From Leucoraja ocellata (taxonomy: Eukaryota): DNA of 64,000 nucleotides. The stretch covers positions 8,680,001 to 8,744,000 of the forward strand of contig JAWMAR010000061.1 in NCBI GenBank assembly GCA_036785375.1. Reading direction: 5' to 3'. The notes beneath the pieces are model-generated. The model worked only from the letters and a program-made list of their open reading frames with translations, was not told the DNA's origin and ran no database searches. Below are positions 51,746 through 63,438 of this stretch, in pieces (position 1 is the first letter of the stretch; every line of letters starts with the position of its first letter). The position numbers were made by a program, and so were the translations under genes.

Positions 51746-52636
51746 GTAGGTATTCCTCCCTCCATGTCATCAATTCCTTGTCATAATCCGTCCCGTTCAT
51801 CACTTCCAAGTCTATCCCAAGCCAAGGAAATGATGCAGATGTGTGTTGTCCCAGAGCAGAATTAAGTTGTGTTACTTGGAGTTTTTGTTCTTCACTTGTA
51901 GTTGTGTTTCTGTTGCCTGTAACATTTTTCACTCTTGGACTTCAGTTCTGGTATAAAGGTTGCATCGTGTGATTGGTTAATGGTACAACCATATAAAATG
52001 CTGGTGAGTTGCCAGTGAAAAATTTCCACATGTACACAAACCAAAAAGCCATCGGAAAAATAGAAGTGTCTGAATAAAAAAAGCTTCACTTGGGGAGACT
52101 TATTTTCAAAATTGTTCCAACAGAGCCTAGATGGTCACTCTGGTCATTGTTGTCTGCAGTGATCAATAATCAGTTTTTATATTTTGTTCTAATTGTATCA
52201 AATAGCAAATTATTCAGGTAAATGTTTTAATACCAATTATACACTTCAGTAAAAGTGTTGTTTCAAAATGATTTGCATGGTATTTGGATGCGTGCGTTCC
52301 TTCATGCCATCAATTCATCAACTGCCTGGCTTTTGCCCTAGCGTTGTTAAACTAGTCTTTTCCGGGACCATTTAATCTACCACATCTTGAATGGCATTCG
52401 CTTGTGCTGGTAAACAGTTATATGACGTTTTCCAATGCACTGTATCACGATGGAATAGCAATCTGAGTGGACATTGATATACTTAATCCATATATTTTGC
52501 ATAGATGATAAGCCAACAATAAGGCTGAAAGATTTGCAAACAGCAAACAAAACTGCTGAGTGCAGGATTCAACTTTGCCTCCCCCACTGTCACTGAAATC
52601 AATCTTTCAGTTCAAATTGATTTACTGCAACATTTA

Positions 52637-52945
52637 GGGGCGGCACAATGGCGCAGTGGTAGAGTTGCTGCCTTGCAGCACTTGCAGCGCCCGAGTCCTG
52701 GGTTCGATCCCGACTACGAATGCTGTTTTTACGGAGTTTGTACATTATCCCCGTGACTGCGTGGGTTTTCTCTGAGATCTTCGGTTTCCTCCCACATTCC
52801 AAAGACGTTTGTAAGTTAATTGACTTGGTGTAAATGTAAATTGTCCCTAGTGTTTAGACGATTGTGTTGATGTGCAGGAATCGCTGGTCGGTGAGGATTC
52901 GGTGGGCCGAAGGGCCTGTTTCCGTGCTGTATCTCTAAACTAAAC
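52637..52945 (+). mobile_element. tRNA-derived V-SINE (HE1-like), near full length
   Basis: A-box-like tggcgcagtgg, B-box ggttcgatccc, V-domain ggagtttgtac...gcgtgggttttc...ggtttcctcccaca, CR1-like tail gggccgaagggcctgtttcc and (taaac)n end. Confidence 0.85.
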
Positions 52946-54351
52946 AAAGGTTATCAAGAAATAGCAGTAAGCACTATGTAGCAAAGTCTTCCTGACCACG
53001 CATTATCATGTGAAGACTAGTTCACCTCTCTACCATCTAGCCTAGCTGTTACACCACTGCCATATACCTAGAAATTACAAAATTGCTTAGATATTTCATA
53101 TTTCTCAAAACGTAAGATAATTTCACTTCAGCTAATTATTGCCCTATTGCTCAACTATCATTCATCAGCAAAGATTTGGCGGATGTTGAGAGAGATAGTA
53201 CATGATGCTTACTCGTGTTTAGTTTCGCTTTCATCAAAACCCTCATTCCAGCCATTTGCCAAACATGGGCAGAAGAGCTGAATTGCAGCAGCAAGATGAG
53301 AGCGACAGTGTTTGATGGGATGCTTTATCCGTGACATTCCTGTCAGACCCTTGCATTGAGTGGCCTTGGAGTGTGTTTATTATATTCGGATCGAGGTGAG
53401 AATCTGACACTTCTCTCTACACTGAGGTTATAGTTGGATATGTGGGTGTATAAACTTAGTTCCATTCACAGCTCCTCGAGCAATGAAACACCTATGCTGC
53501 AAGACCAAGACTACATCCTTACTGTTTTAACAAGTGGCACATGTACCAGTTAAAGTACAATGAAATTTGAGTTACCATACTGCCATACTAAGTGAAAAGC
53601 AACAAGATACACAACCATATAAAAGTTAACATAAACATCCACCACAGCAGATTCCACATTCCTCACTGTGATGGAAGGCAAGAAAGTTTTTTCAGAAACT
53701 GTGCCAAGGAGATCAGTCAGACAATAGTTTTCAATGGTACACAAAAAAGCTGGAGAAACTCAGCGGGTGCAGCAGCATCTATGGAGCGTAGGAAATAGGC
53801 AACGTTTCGGGCCGAAACCCGATAATTTTCAATGTTTGTTCTCGTTGTCAGAAGGTCCTTTGGGAAGCAGGTAGGAGTGGGAGGCGATGGGGAAGGTAGT
53901 TAAATTTGCTCTGATTCCTGTGTGATACTGAGATGAAAACCTAAAGCGAGTTCAACATTCTGTTCATTATCTGAGACAACAGTCTGAAAGGTCATTGATC
54001 TCTTGATTCTGTACATTGCAGCAGCAGGGTGCCTCTTCCCAGTTGCTCCTAACATGCATGTTAAGCACATACCAACAACAAATAGTTCTTAAGTTTCCTG
54101 TCTCATTTGGTATTAACTGCAACAAACTTACGGGTAAAAAAAAAATCAATAAAAGAACTGTTGCTAAAACAGTTCTGTTTGATTTATTCAAAATCCATTG
54201 GCTATTCATGCATTCTAGTCAATTTGTTTATACATGTTAGCATCGATTGCTTTTGCTTAAAGATTTGTTCTTCTGGCAAATCTCTACGGGGGATTGGATA
54301 GCATCATTGAGAATCTGAAGTGTTTGTTTCTGATTCATTTTCTCATATTCG

Positions 54352-54575
54352 GTGTAGGGAGGAGCTGCAGATGCTGGTTTAAACCGAAGATAGACTCAAA
54401 AAGCTGGAGTGAATCAGCAGGACAGGCAGCATCTCTAGAGAGAAGGAATCGGTGATGTTTCGGGTTGAAGCCCTTCTTCAGACTGAAAGGTCTCGACCCG
54501 AGACGTCGCCCATTCCTTCTCTCCAGAGATGCTGCCTGTCTCGTTGAGTTACTCCAGCATTTTGTGTCTTATCTT
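54352..54575. mobile_element. Fold-back Penelope-like terminus pair
   Basis: Left arm about 54392-54483 is largely the reverse complement of right arm about 54488-54570. Confidence 0.8.
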
Positions 54576-55299
54576 CTAATTTTCAGTACTTGTTATCTTA
54601 GGATATTATCTCAGCAGTGGTCATTTTAGGACAAAGACTGGCCTTTTAGATCAAGATGGAAATTTCTTGGGAGCTTTGCGAATTTTTTGGATACTTGACC
54701 GCGATTGTGTTTTCTCAATCATTGAAAGATCGATCCAAGGCAAAGTTTGATGTGTTATTGAATGCTAAGGAGAGCAGTGGGGAAAAGAGAGGCGCGGGAT
54801 TAGAACCACATTGTGGAGGACTCGAAGGTCCTTGTTAGTCCATGTCTCTTGGTTTCAAGTGCAGTAACACCATCATGTTCACTGTTCAATTAGGCAGTTG
54901 TATTCTGGGGATATAATCTTCATGCATTAATGTGTTAAGATTACACCGTGGGCTTCCAGATACATGAATAAAAGGGAACAGAGATGTGTGTCAAGTTGCA
55001 GCATTAACTTTTGTTCCTGTAACTTAATTCTGCTAATTGATGGTGTAAAACTCAGGCAATGATGCATTTTTAATTAATAAGCCTTGACATTTTCATTTCT
55101 GGATAATGCACGAGTAGAATAGCATGTATGTAATAATTTAAATATTAGACGGCCTTATCCTGGCCAGCTGCGTATACTCCTACAAATGGTAAAGTATTGT
55201 GTCTGTAGGAGTCATTAGGAAGTGGTTACCACACAGATAGCACATGAAACAGTAGCATTGTAAATGTCCACCATTACAATAATATTTATTAAATATGAG

Positions 55300-55389
55300 A
55301 TTTGTGCAATTGATTTGATTGAAGGTCTGAACCATCTTGGCCTACACCATATCGACACCATTTTCACAAATCACTTTATCTTTCCGCAA
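55300..55389 (+). CDS. MYO9A: Candidate MYO9A 90-nt cassette exon (ICAIDLIEGLNHLGLHHIDTIFTNHFIFPQ)
   Basis: Good donor caa|gtaaga, phase 0-0, open frame; weak acceptor (aaatatgag). Confidence 0.5.
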
Positions 55390-56476
55390 GTAAGAGTCGC
55401 TGAAACTTTTCATGTTTTCTCTTTGTTGCTCATGCAGCTGAATGGTAATAAAAAGGTAATTTGGTTTGTCTGTTTTATATGCTTGTGGTGATATCCTTCT
55501 CCTGGTGACGGCTCTTCCAAATGAAAGCACCAGAACTGCAACCACTCCAGCACACGAGGGATACGCAGCAGAAGTTTTAAAATGCAGCAAAACCTGCGTC
55601 AAATAATTAAAAAAGCACAGTTCTTTAAAACTCTTTAAAACTAAAAAAGCACAAGTACAGGTGTCAGAGGTTATGGGGAGAAGACAGGAGAATGGGGTTG
55701 GGGAGGGAGAGATAGAGTCAAGAGTCAATTTAATTGTCATTTGGACCCCTAGAGGTCCAAACGAAATGCCGTTTCTGCAGCCATACATTACACACAAATA
55801 GACCCAGACACAACATAATTACAATTTTACATAAACATCCATCACATAACTGTGATGGAAGGCCAAAAAAAAACTTATCAGTCATGATTGAATGATGGAG
55901 TAGACTTAATGGGCCGAATGGCCTAATTCTGCTCCTACAACATAATGTTATGAATTCTCAATCCATTTTCTATTCCTTGATGGTTTACTCTGACCATGAT
56001 GCTGCGAGTTTTTAGTTTTATACTTTTGCAGTTTGTCCAATCAGTTCTACATTAATTAAGTATCCTATCTTGGTTTAAAGTGGTTTGGCTCGGAGTACCC
56101 TCTGGGTGCAGGTTGTATGAACAACAGTGTTATCGACTTAACTTTACAACCAAGTTAGGTGTATACTTTAACTTTGCCAACATGCGTTTAAACAGGAATG
56201 AGGTGGTCATTTCATATTGGTCCTTAAAGACTGAAGAATATTTCATTCCATTAGAATTAGAATTGATTGCATATGCAAGAGCCGGACAAGCTGAAGAACA
56301 AGTCTATGGCATTACACGGTCAAATGAAAAGTCACTTGTTAAAAGGGCAGTTGCATGGGAATGCGAGCTAAAAGTCGGAATATTTCACGCCCTGCAGGGT
56401 GGCTGTTTACCTCTGCTAAAAAATACTTTACATGTATCAGTCTACTTTAATCAACTCATTTATTCACTTTCTCAGA

Positions 56477-56995
56477 GATACAAGATACAAGATACAAGAT
56501 ACATTTAATTGTCATTTGGACCCCTTGAGGTCCAAACGAAATGCCGTTTCTGCAGCCATACATTACAGACACATAGACCCAAGACACAACATAATTTACA
56601 TAAACATCCATCACATCGCTGTGATGGAAGGCCAAAAACACTTATCTCTCCACTGCACTCTCCCCCCCCCCCCGATGTCAGAGTCAAAGTCAAAGCCCCC
56701 GGCTGGCGATGGCGATTGTCCCGCGGCCATTAAAGCCACGCCAGGTGATGCAAGGTCGCACACCGGGTCTTGGTGTTAGAGCCCCCGGCGGGCGCTCGCA
56801 GAGTCCCGCGGCCATTCCAAGCCGCGCGGGGCAGTGGTGTCAGGCCCCGCTCCAGGAGCTCTTCGACCCCGCAACTCGGGCGGGAGAAGTCGCCGTTGCA
56901 GGAGCCCTGAAAAGCGGTCTCCCTCCAGGGACCCGCGGGCTCCCGGTGCCGCCGTCCACAGACCTGCCGTTGGAGCCTCCGACTCTCCGGTAGCC
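56477..56995 (-). mobile_element. GC-rich non-coding retroelement with a (tgtatct)n tail
   Basis: Three gatacaa repeats on plus strand; stem-loop at 56515-56536; related shorter copies at 55714-55878 and 53548-53690. Confidence 0.7.
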
Positions 56996-58475
56996 CGGAA
57001 TTGATGAGATTCATGCGACATGCTGGAGTGGGAGCAGGCTGGGTTTGATTCCAATGTGACCAGATTGTGTTGTCATTTGTTTATTTATCTGTGACATGCT
57101 GGTGTTTTCCTTTGTGTATTCGTGAGTGGTATCTAGCTATGGGTGAGTTGGGCAGAATTAAAAATATACTTTTCCAGCGTGTTCAGATTGGATCAAAAAT
57201 CACTTTCCCTGCTGCCTGATTCCACGCAACTGTGGGTAGGTAGAAATTGCTTCACAGCAATCCTCAGCTGAAGAACATGGGTATGTTTCAAGTATCTACA
57301 GAATCTGTGCATTAAGATGAAATAAACTGGAAACTTGCCTTTCAACTTTCAGAATGAAAGTCCAATCCTTTGGTCATCTATTAAAAGGCTCTCCTTGACA
57401 CATTGTAATGAAAACGTATTGAACATTGGACTCTGCCCTGCAGCTCATTCAGCTATCTCTATCTGAGACAGATTGAGACTCTCTCTGTGTTTTGTTGTTC
57501 ATTATGGTACAATGAGATGTCTTCCGTGTCAAGGAGAAAGAAGATTTAAGTACTTTGCGGCATGTCAGTCTTGTGTGGACTTTGACAGTTCTGAGTGTTC
57601 AGTAGAATTTGAGAGTGCAACGATCACACTAATTGCAATATTGGAGAACTAATCGAACCTTAGCAGAGATTATTTGCCAAGATGAAGACTGGTGTAATTG
57701 AGAGCTGTAAGCTACCCACTCTGCAATGATTATCTGAATCTAAAAGTTTGTGATTTTATTTCTTTTGTACTGTTTTTTGTCTTCTGAAATGGCAGACAGC
57801 TGCAGAATTACTGCATAGCCAGTCATATTCGCTTTGTACGGGGAATGGTGGGAGTGTTTAGATTTGAGGTGATTTTAAAAGGAGCGATATTTGAATTAGA
57901 TTATCATGTACAGATTGCAGACTTTTAAAACCGAGCTTGTTGACACTTTTTCAGCTTATTTTCTGTTTGTTGATTTTTCATTGATTATTGCTCATATGTG
58001 GGAGAAGATCTCTCACTCAGGCATAGTCTTCAAACCTGATACTCTCTGGTACATCCTCTAAGCTTTATCTGCCAGCTAGTCAACTATGAGGGAGTTGTTA
58101 CAGCAATCTGAACTTCACCCAATGTTCACGTATGATTCAGACAGTGACCAGTGGAATTTAGTGGTGAGCATGGACCCTGCAAGATCAGCTCAATCAACAC
58201 AGACCAAGAATTCAATATTAAATCTTGATGGTTTATTTGGTTTAATAGGATACTCACACATTTTCCAACTATTACCTATCTTGATGACACCTGTACCATG
58301 ATCTTGACCCATTTCTATGATTTTCCATTGTTAAGTTTGAAACGCTATTAGCCAAAAAGGGGTGAATGTTATGACGTTAATAGTTAATGTCCTATTTTTT
58401 ACTAATGGCACAGACCTTTTGCATTTCAATTCCCTTCGCCTTTTGACTAATTGGGTTGTTCTGTAACTTTTGAAG

Positions 58476-58678
58476 GGAAAAGGTCGTCCTCGCCGCTCCA
58501 GCCACAACAGCCCCACGTCTCCTGTAGGACTGCGGTTGCTCTCAGTTGCAGATGTTCCAGAAGAAATGGCCAGCGCTGACGAGTCAATTGATGTGGACTT
58601 GACAGAGCAACAGAAAGCAGCCATGCAGCAAGAGGAAAGAGTGTTAACGGAACAAATAGAGACGCTACAAAAGGAAAA
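58476..58678 (+). CDS. MYO9A: MYO9A exon (GKGRPRR...AAMQQEERVLTEQIETLQKEK)
   Basis: ttgaag acceptor, aa|gtaaga donor, 203 nt, phase 0-2. Confidence 0.95.
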
Positions 58679-59282
58679 GTAAGAGGCGCAAGCATTTAGA
58701 GTACATGACTGGTTTAGAGAGTTTTGCGCTGCAGACAAGAGTTCAAATAGCCACGTGGTATAATATTTTAATTAAATTATAGCGAATGTTGATGAAGAAA
58801 GGGAATGTAATGAATGTTGTCACTATTGATTTTCTAAAGCTATTAGCCAGAATCCCATAGAGGAAAAATTAGCAAAGTTGCAGCTATGGAATCAGTGCAG
58901 CCTGGATAATAAATTGTCTCAAGACTTAAAGCTAAGAGCTGAGGAAAATGATTAATTTCCAGGTTGGAGAACAGCAGGCGGTGATGTTTTCCAAAGTTTG
59001 CTTAGTTTTATGTATTTCCCAGGTCAAACTACCTTCAGCTTGCTTCCCCTGCATAACATCATTATATAATGTTCAATTCCATCCACAACTTGGTCGGCAT
59101 GGGCAAGTTGGGCCGAAGGGCATGTATCCAGACATACATTGCCATTTGCTGCTGATATAAATCATGCATCTCCCAAACCGACAACGTTGTGGGAGTTCCA
59201 TGAGAAGGACTGCTTTGGTTCAAGGAGGCAGCTCTCTCCCACCTTCTCATGGAGGCACGCAATAAATGCTGGGCTGTGCCAG

Positions 59283-59543
59283 CAATAGGCAATAGGTGCA
59301 GGAGTTGGCCATTCAGCCCTTTGAGCCAGCACCGCCATTCAATGTGATCATGGCTGATCATCCCCAATCAGTACCCCGTTCCTGCCTTCTCCCCATATCC
59401 CCTGACTCCGCTAGCTTTAAGAGCCCCATCTAGCTCTCTCTTGAAAGTATCCAGAGAACCGGCCTCCACCACCCTCTGAGCAGAGAATTCCACAGACTCA
59501 CAACTCTCTGTGAGAAATAGTGTTTCCTCGTCTCCGTTCTAAA
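59283..59543 (-). mobile_element. Young CR1 LINE 3' fragment
   Basis: Same family as 15476-15727; an older + strand CR1 follows to about 60450. Confidence 0.85.
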
Positions 59544-61411
59544 CAATATGCAGAAGTATACAATTCAAACAAATGAGTTGGACAAGTTTGTGCAGAATAA
59601 TACTTAAATTTGAAGGTAATACTGGACTCAGAGGTGTGGGCAACGGTATGGAACTACAGGGGAATCGGCTGATGGAATGTGCAGACAGTTGGCAGATGAA
59701 ATTTTAATAACCAAAGTGTGAAGCGATACATGTTGACAGAAAGGAAAAGGAAAGATAATATAAGGTAATTGGCATCGTTCTTAAACAATAAGCAGGAGCA
59801 GACGAACCTGAGTGTGGATGTGATGAATCTTTGAAATGTCAGTACATGTTGAGTGAGATGCAAGTAATGTATGTGGGCCTAGTGCTTTGTAAGTATCAGC
59901 CAGACACAAATAGTCAAGTAATATTGAACATGTATTAAAAAATCTGGTAAACGATAAGTGGATTATTGACTAACTTTTTGATTGCTACACTTTATGGAGA
60001 AAGTGAAGCGCTTAAAGAGATTGCAGAAGAGATTTATGGGAATGTTTCCATGGATGAGGGATTTTACTTCCAAGGTTAGAGAGGTTGCGATGGTTCTCAT
60101 TGAATCAATGAAGATTGAGGGGAGATTTGATCTTGACAATATTAGGTAGGCTATTAGAGAGAGCTTGTTATTAATAACAAATGGCTCTTGAATCAGGGGA
60201 AAAAGATTTAATGTGAAGGACAAAATATGCAGAGGAGATGTGAGGAAAGAGTGCTGTGAGTTCTGGTGATCTGGACTTCAGTTCAAGGACATTGCTACAG
60301 AAGTTCACAGGCCTTTCTGAAAGGAATTTAATAGATGTAGGAGAAAATAATTTCATGAGGTTTGGGGAAAATATGGAATGGAAGTAGATCAGTGTAGGCT
60401 GCTGAGCAGGAGCTAACATAGATCCTATGGGGTGTTAGGACAATTCCCTGATTATATTTATGTGTCTTTACATAACCAGAAAAGAGCTCAGCTTTAGTGA
60501 TTTCAGTTGTAGTGCTTTTTGAAATGTCATTAGCAAATCTTAAGTACCATGAGTCAGTTAATACATGGCATTATGAAAGGGGTGTCAGAACACTCTGTTC
60601 TGTTCCTGAGTCCATCAACCGGAGATTGCATTATTTTAAGGGTGGCACAGTGGCACGGCTAATAGGTCTGTTGCCTTACAGCTACAGGGACCTGCCGTTG
60701 CTCCTGACATGCTTCTGTTTCCCTTTATTCCAAAACGGTGTATATTAGATGTTTGATTGGATGTTGTAAATTAGGCCCTAGTGTAAGTGGGACGGTAAAT
60801 CGTTACAGTACCTGTGAGAATAGCGTAAAGGGAAAATTATGCAAGAATCAGTTTGCCGTGTGAGCAGGCAAGGACTCGATGGGCAAATGGCTGCACCCTA
60901 TGTCGTAAAGAAATGTAAAAACGTTTTTTTCGGATTCCTATTCCTTTCAGCTAAGTTCATTTTCACAGTTCAGTTAAACGGAGACAAATTTCTAAATGGA
61001 GGAAAGATCCTACATAACAAGCTGCCAGCTATCCTAATTTGGGATATCCTAGTGTGATCACTGAGTATTTTGACCGTGTGGAATACTGATTAGACGTTGC
61101 ACAAGTAACCATGGGCACAGCGGAAAGATGTAGTTAGGCTGCAAGTCATGATTTTCAATTCTGCTGGGAATAGATGTAATCGATCATAATGACTTGATCA
61201 CTATTATATGCCATTAAGGCATTATTCCTCAGTAGCAGGCAGCCAACCATTATAATTTGAGCCACAGTAACTCAACCATTATTTATCTAGCTGTTGCGAA
61301 GGCACGTATGATAGAGCAATCAGATTTAAGATCAGGAAGAACATGTTGTTGTATTACACATCTCTTGTCTGTGTAGATAGCTCACAATTTTACAAATTAT
61401 ATTTTGTTTAG

Positions 61412-61554
61412 GGATGAACTGACATTTGAAATACTTGCTCTCGAGCCACGAGCCTCAGATGACGAGACGCTGGAGTCAGAAGCATCCATCGGAACAGCTG
61501 ACAGCTTTGAAAACATAAACATGGACTCTGAGGGAGCAATGTCGGGACGCACAG
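61412..61554 (+). CDS. MYO9A: MYO9A exon (DELTFEILALEPRASDDETLESEASIGTADS...)
   Basis: gtttag acceptor, g|gtaact donor, 143 nt, phase 2-1. Confidence 0.96.
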
Positions 61555-61640
61555 GTAACTGCTCCACGGACATTTGCTCTCAAACTCATGCAGCTTGTTA
61601 GCAGTTCATATAGTTCCAATAGAAAAGTAAAGAGGTTACA

Positions 61641-61935
61641 GGGGCGGCACAGTGGAGCTGGGGTAGAGTTGCTACCTTGCAGCGCCAGAGACCCGGGTCC
61701 GATCCCGACTATGGGTGCTGTCTGTACGGAGTTAGTACGTTCCTCCCGTCACCTGCATGGGGTTTTTCCGAGACCTTTGGTTTCCTCCCACACTCCAAAG
61801 ACCTGCAGGTTTATTGGCTTGGTATAAGTGTAAATTGTCACTAGTGGGTGTAGGACGGTGTTAATGTACGGAGATTGCTGGTCGGTGCAGACTCGGTGAG
61901 TCGAAGGGCCTGTTTCCGCACTGTATCTCTAAACT
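61641..61935 (+). mobile_element. tRNA-derived V-SINE (HE1-like), near full length
   Basis: Same layout as the 52637 copy; aaagtaaag flanks both sides (61624-61632, 61936-61944). Confidence 0.85.
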
Positions 61936-62145
61936 AAAGTAAAGTGGTCGCCAGAAGGTATTTCCTGGCTGGCACCTCACCTGTTGAGAAGATCAGGTAG
62001 AAAAGCCTGCAGGGCACGTTGCAGACATGAAGCAGAGTAGAGGGGAAGAAATACAGTGGATTGAAAGGGGCAAGAGAAGGGGTTGGTGTCTCTGCGGGTG
62101 GATGGTGAGGTTGGTGTGGAGGAACCGGGATTGGGAGTTGTGAAT

Positions 62146-62303
62146 AGACACAAAATGCTGGAGTTACTCAGCGGGACAGGCAGCAGCTCTGGAGAGAAAG
62201 AATGGGTGACGTTTCGGGTCGGGACCCTTCTTCGGACTGATCTCAGGGGAGATGGCGGGACAAGGAATGGGTGACGTTTCAGGTCGAGACCCTTCTTCAG
62301 ACA
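62146..62303 (-). mobile_element. Penelope-like terminus with tandem hammerhead motifs
   Basis: Two motif copies at 62208-62235 and 62273-62300. Confidence 0.8.
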
Positions 62304-62968
62304 GCGTGTGTCGAATGCCATGGATTTGCTGCTGCCCAGAATGATGATGACATGATGGGACTTAGGGGGTGAAGTGGGAAAGGTGGGTGTTTTAGCAGAA
62401 GCAGAGGCCTGGATTAAAAGCAGAAAATGCTGGGAAGATTTCTGCAGGTCAGGCAGCATCTGCGGAAAGAAAAAGTTTCAGGTCAAAGACCCTTGGTCTG
62501 AGGAAAGGTATTTTCAATCTGAATTGTTCACTATGTATCTCTTCCCACAGATGTTGCTTGACCTGCTAAGTCTGTCCTGTATCAGCAATTTTATTTTTAT
62601 TTATCGCTGAAACAAGAAGGAAAGGGTCAAGGGCAGATGACGGGGTGTCTGATCAAAGGGAAGAGAGTACTGCTTTAGGGGTATGGGGATCAACTGTGTG
62701 GGAGGGTAGAGTATTGTGGTTCATGTTACAAAGGCATTCAGTTGGTAAAACCTAACTTTTCTTTCTTGCCTTCAGCTACTAACTTTCCTGAATCCTTTGA
62801 AATCTGGCTTGGGGATATGAACTAAAAGATGTATTTAAAATCTGATTTAACTTTTATTAAAATATTTGAGAAGCGAGTTTTTACATGATGAAGTTGGACA
62901 GCTTCAAGTAGAATCAGTCCAAGGGGAGTGCTCATGCTAACATCTCTGCCTTTGTTGTTCATTGACAG

Positions 62969-63438
62969 AAAGAGGTTCAGTTGTAAGTTCCGTTGGTCAC
63001 CGGCGATCTGAAGCAATGAGAAAGATGAGGAGGCCACAGAGGAAGAAAACGGAACCTGTTGTGTTGGTTGATCCAACTGTTCATTCCTCACCCACGGCGT
63101 CACAGTCATTGTCATGTTTACCGCAAGGAAGAAAGCGATTCCATTTCCGCTCAAAATCACCTTCGCCAGCGTTTTACCGTGCGCACAACAGCATCGAGCA
63201 AAGGGCAGATGGGGACGGTGCTAAAGGTCAGGACGAGAGGCCGCAGTTTACAACCAGAGGGACCTTCAATCCGGAAAAGGGCAAACAAAAACTTAAGATG
63301 ATGAAGCGCTCGGCGCAGAAGTCCAAAGACACAACTGACGGGGCCTCGGGGGGCTCAGAGAAAAAATTAAATGCTGAGCCTGACTTTGGGGCAACTCAGC
63401 AGCTAGTGGTATTTGGGAGCAATGAGTTCATGGTGTGA
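62969..63438 (+). CDS. MYO9A: MYO9A terminal coding exon ending ...FGSNEFMV*
   Basis: tgacag acceptor, phase 1; RGTFNPEKGKQKLK; TGA at 63436-63438. Confidence 0.96.

Larger units (their letters stand above)
2927..63438 (+). other. MYO9A: MYO9A gene body, 5'-partial (start codon, RA domain and N-terminal motor lie upstream of the window)
   Basis: Spliced exons give one open frame: motor loop-2 insertion, SH1 region [16 protein letters not shown], six IQ-like motifs, coiled coil, C1 finger, RhoGAP (EGIYRKSG), C-terminus NEFMV*. Peptides such as HPVHQRSLEILQRCKEEKY and TFNPEKGKQKLK match MYO9A as recalled. Confidence 0.97.

Noticed and set aside
52637-52715. tRNA gene
   Set aside because: The A and B boxes belong to a SINE head and continue into the V-domain and LINE-like tail; the same applies at 61641.
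52274-56357. TGCATG (RBFOX) motifs near the cassette exons at 52274, 54055 and 56352
   Set aside because: A hexamer occurs roughly once per 4 kb by chance; not interpretable without cross-species conservation.
56690-56995. CpG island or internal promoter (also 12800-12950)
   Set aside because: The CpG-rich blocks lie inside young retroelement copies with recognisable tails.
2927-63438. Assignment to MYO9B
   Set aside because: The tail, the post-GAP region and the NEFMV terminus match MYO9A as recalled.
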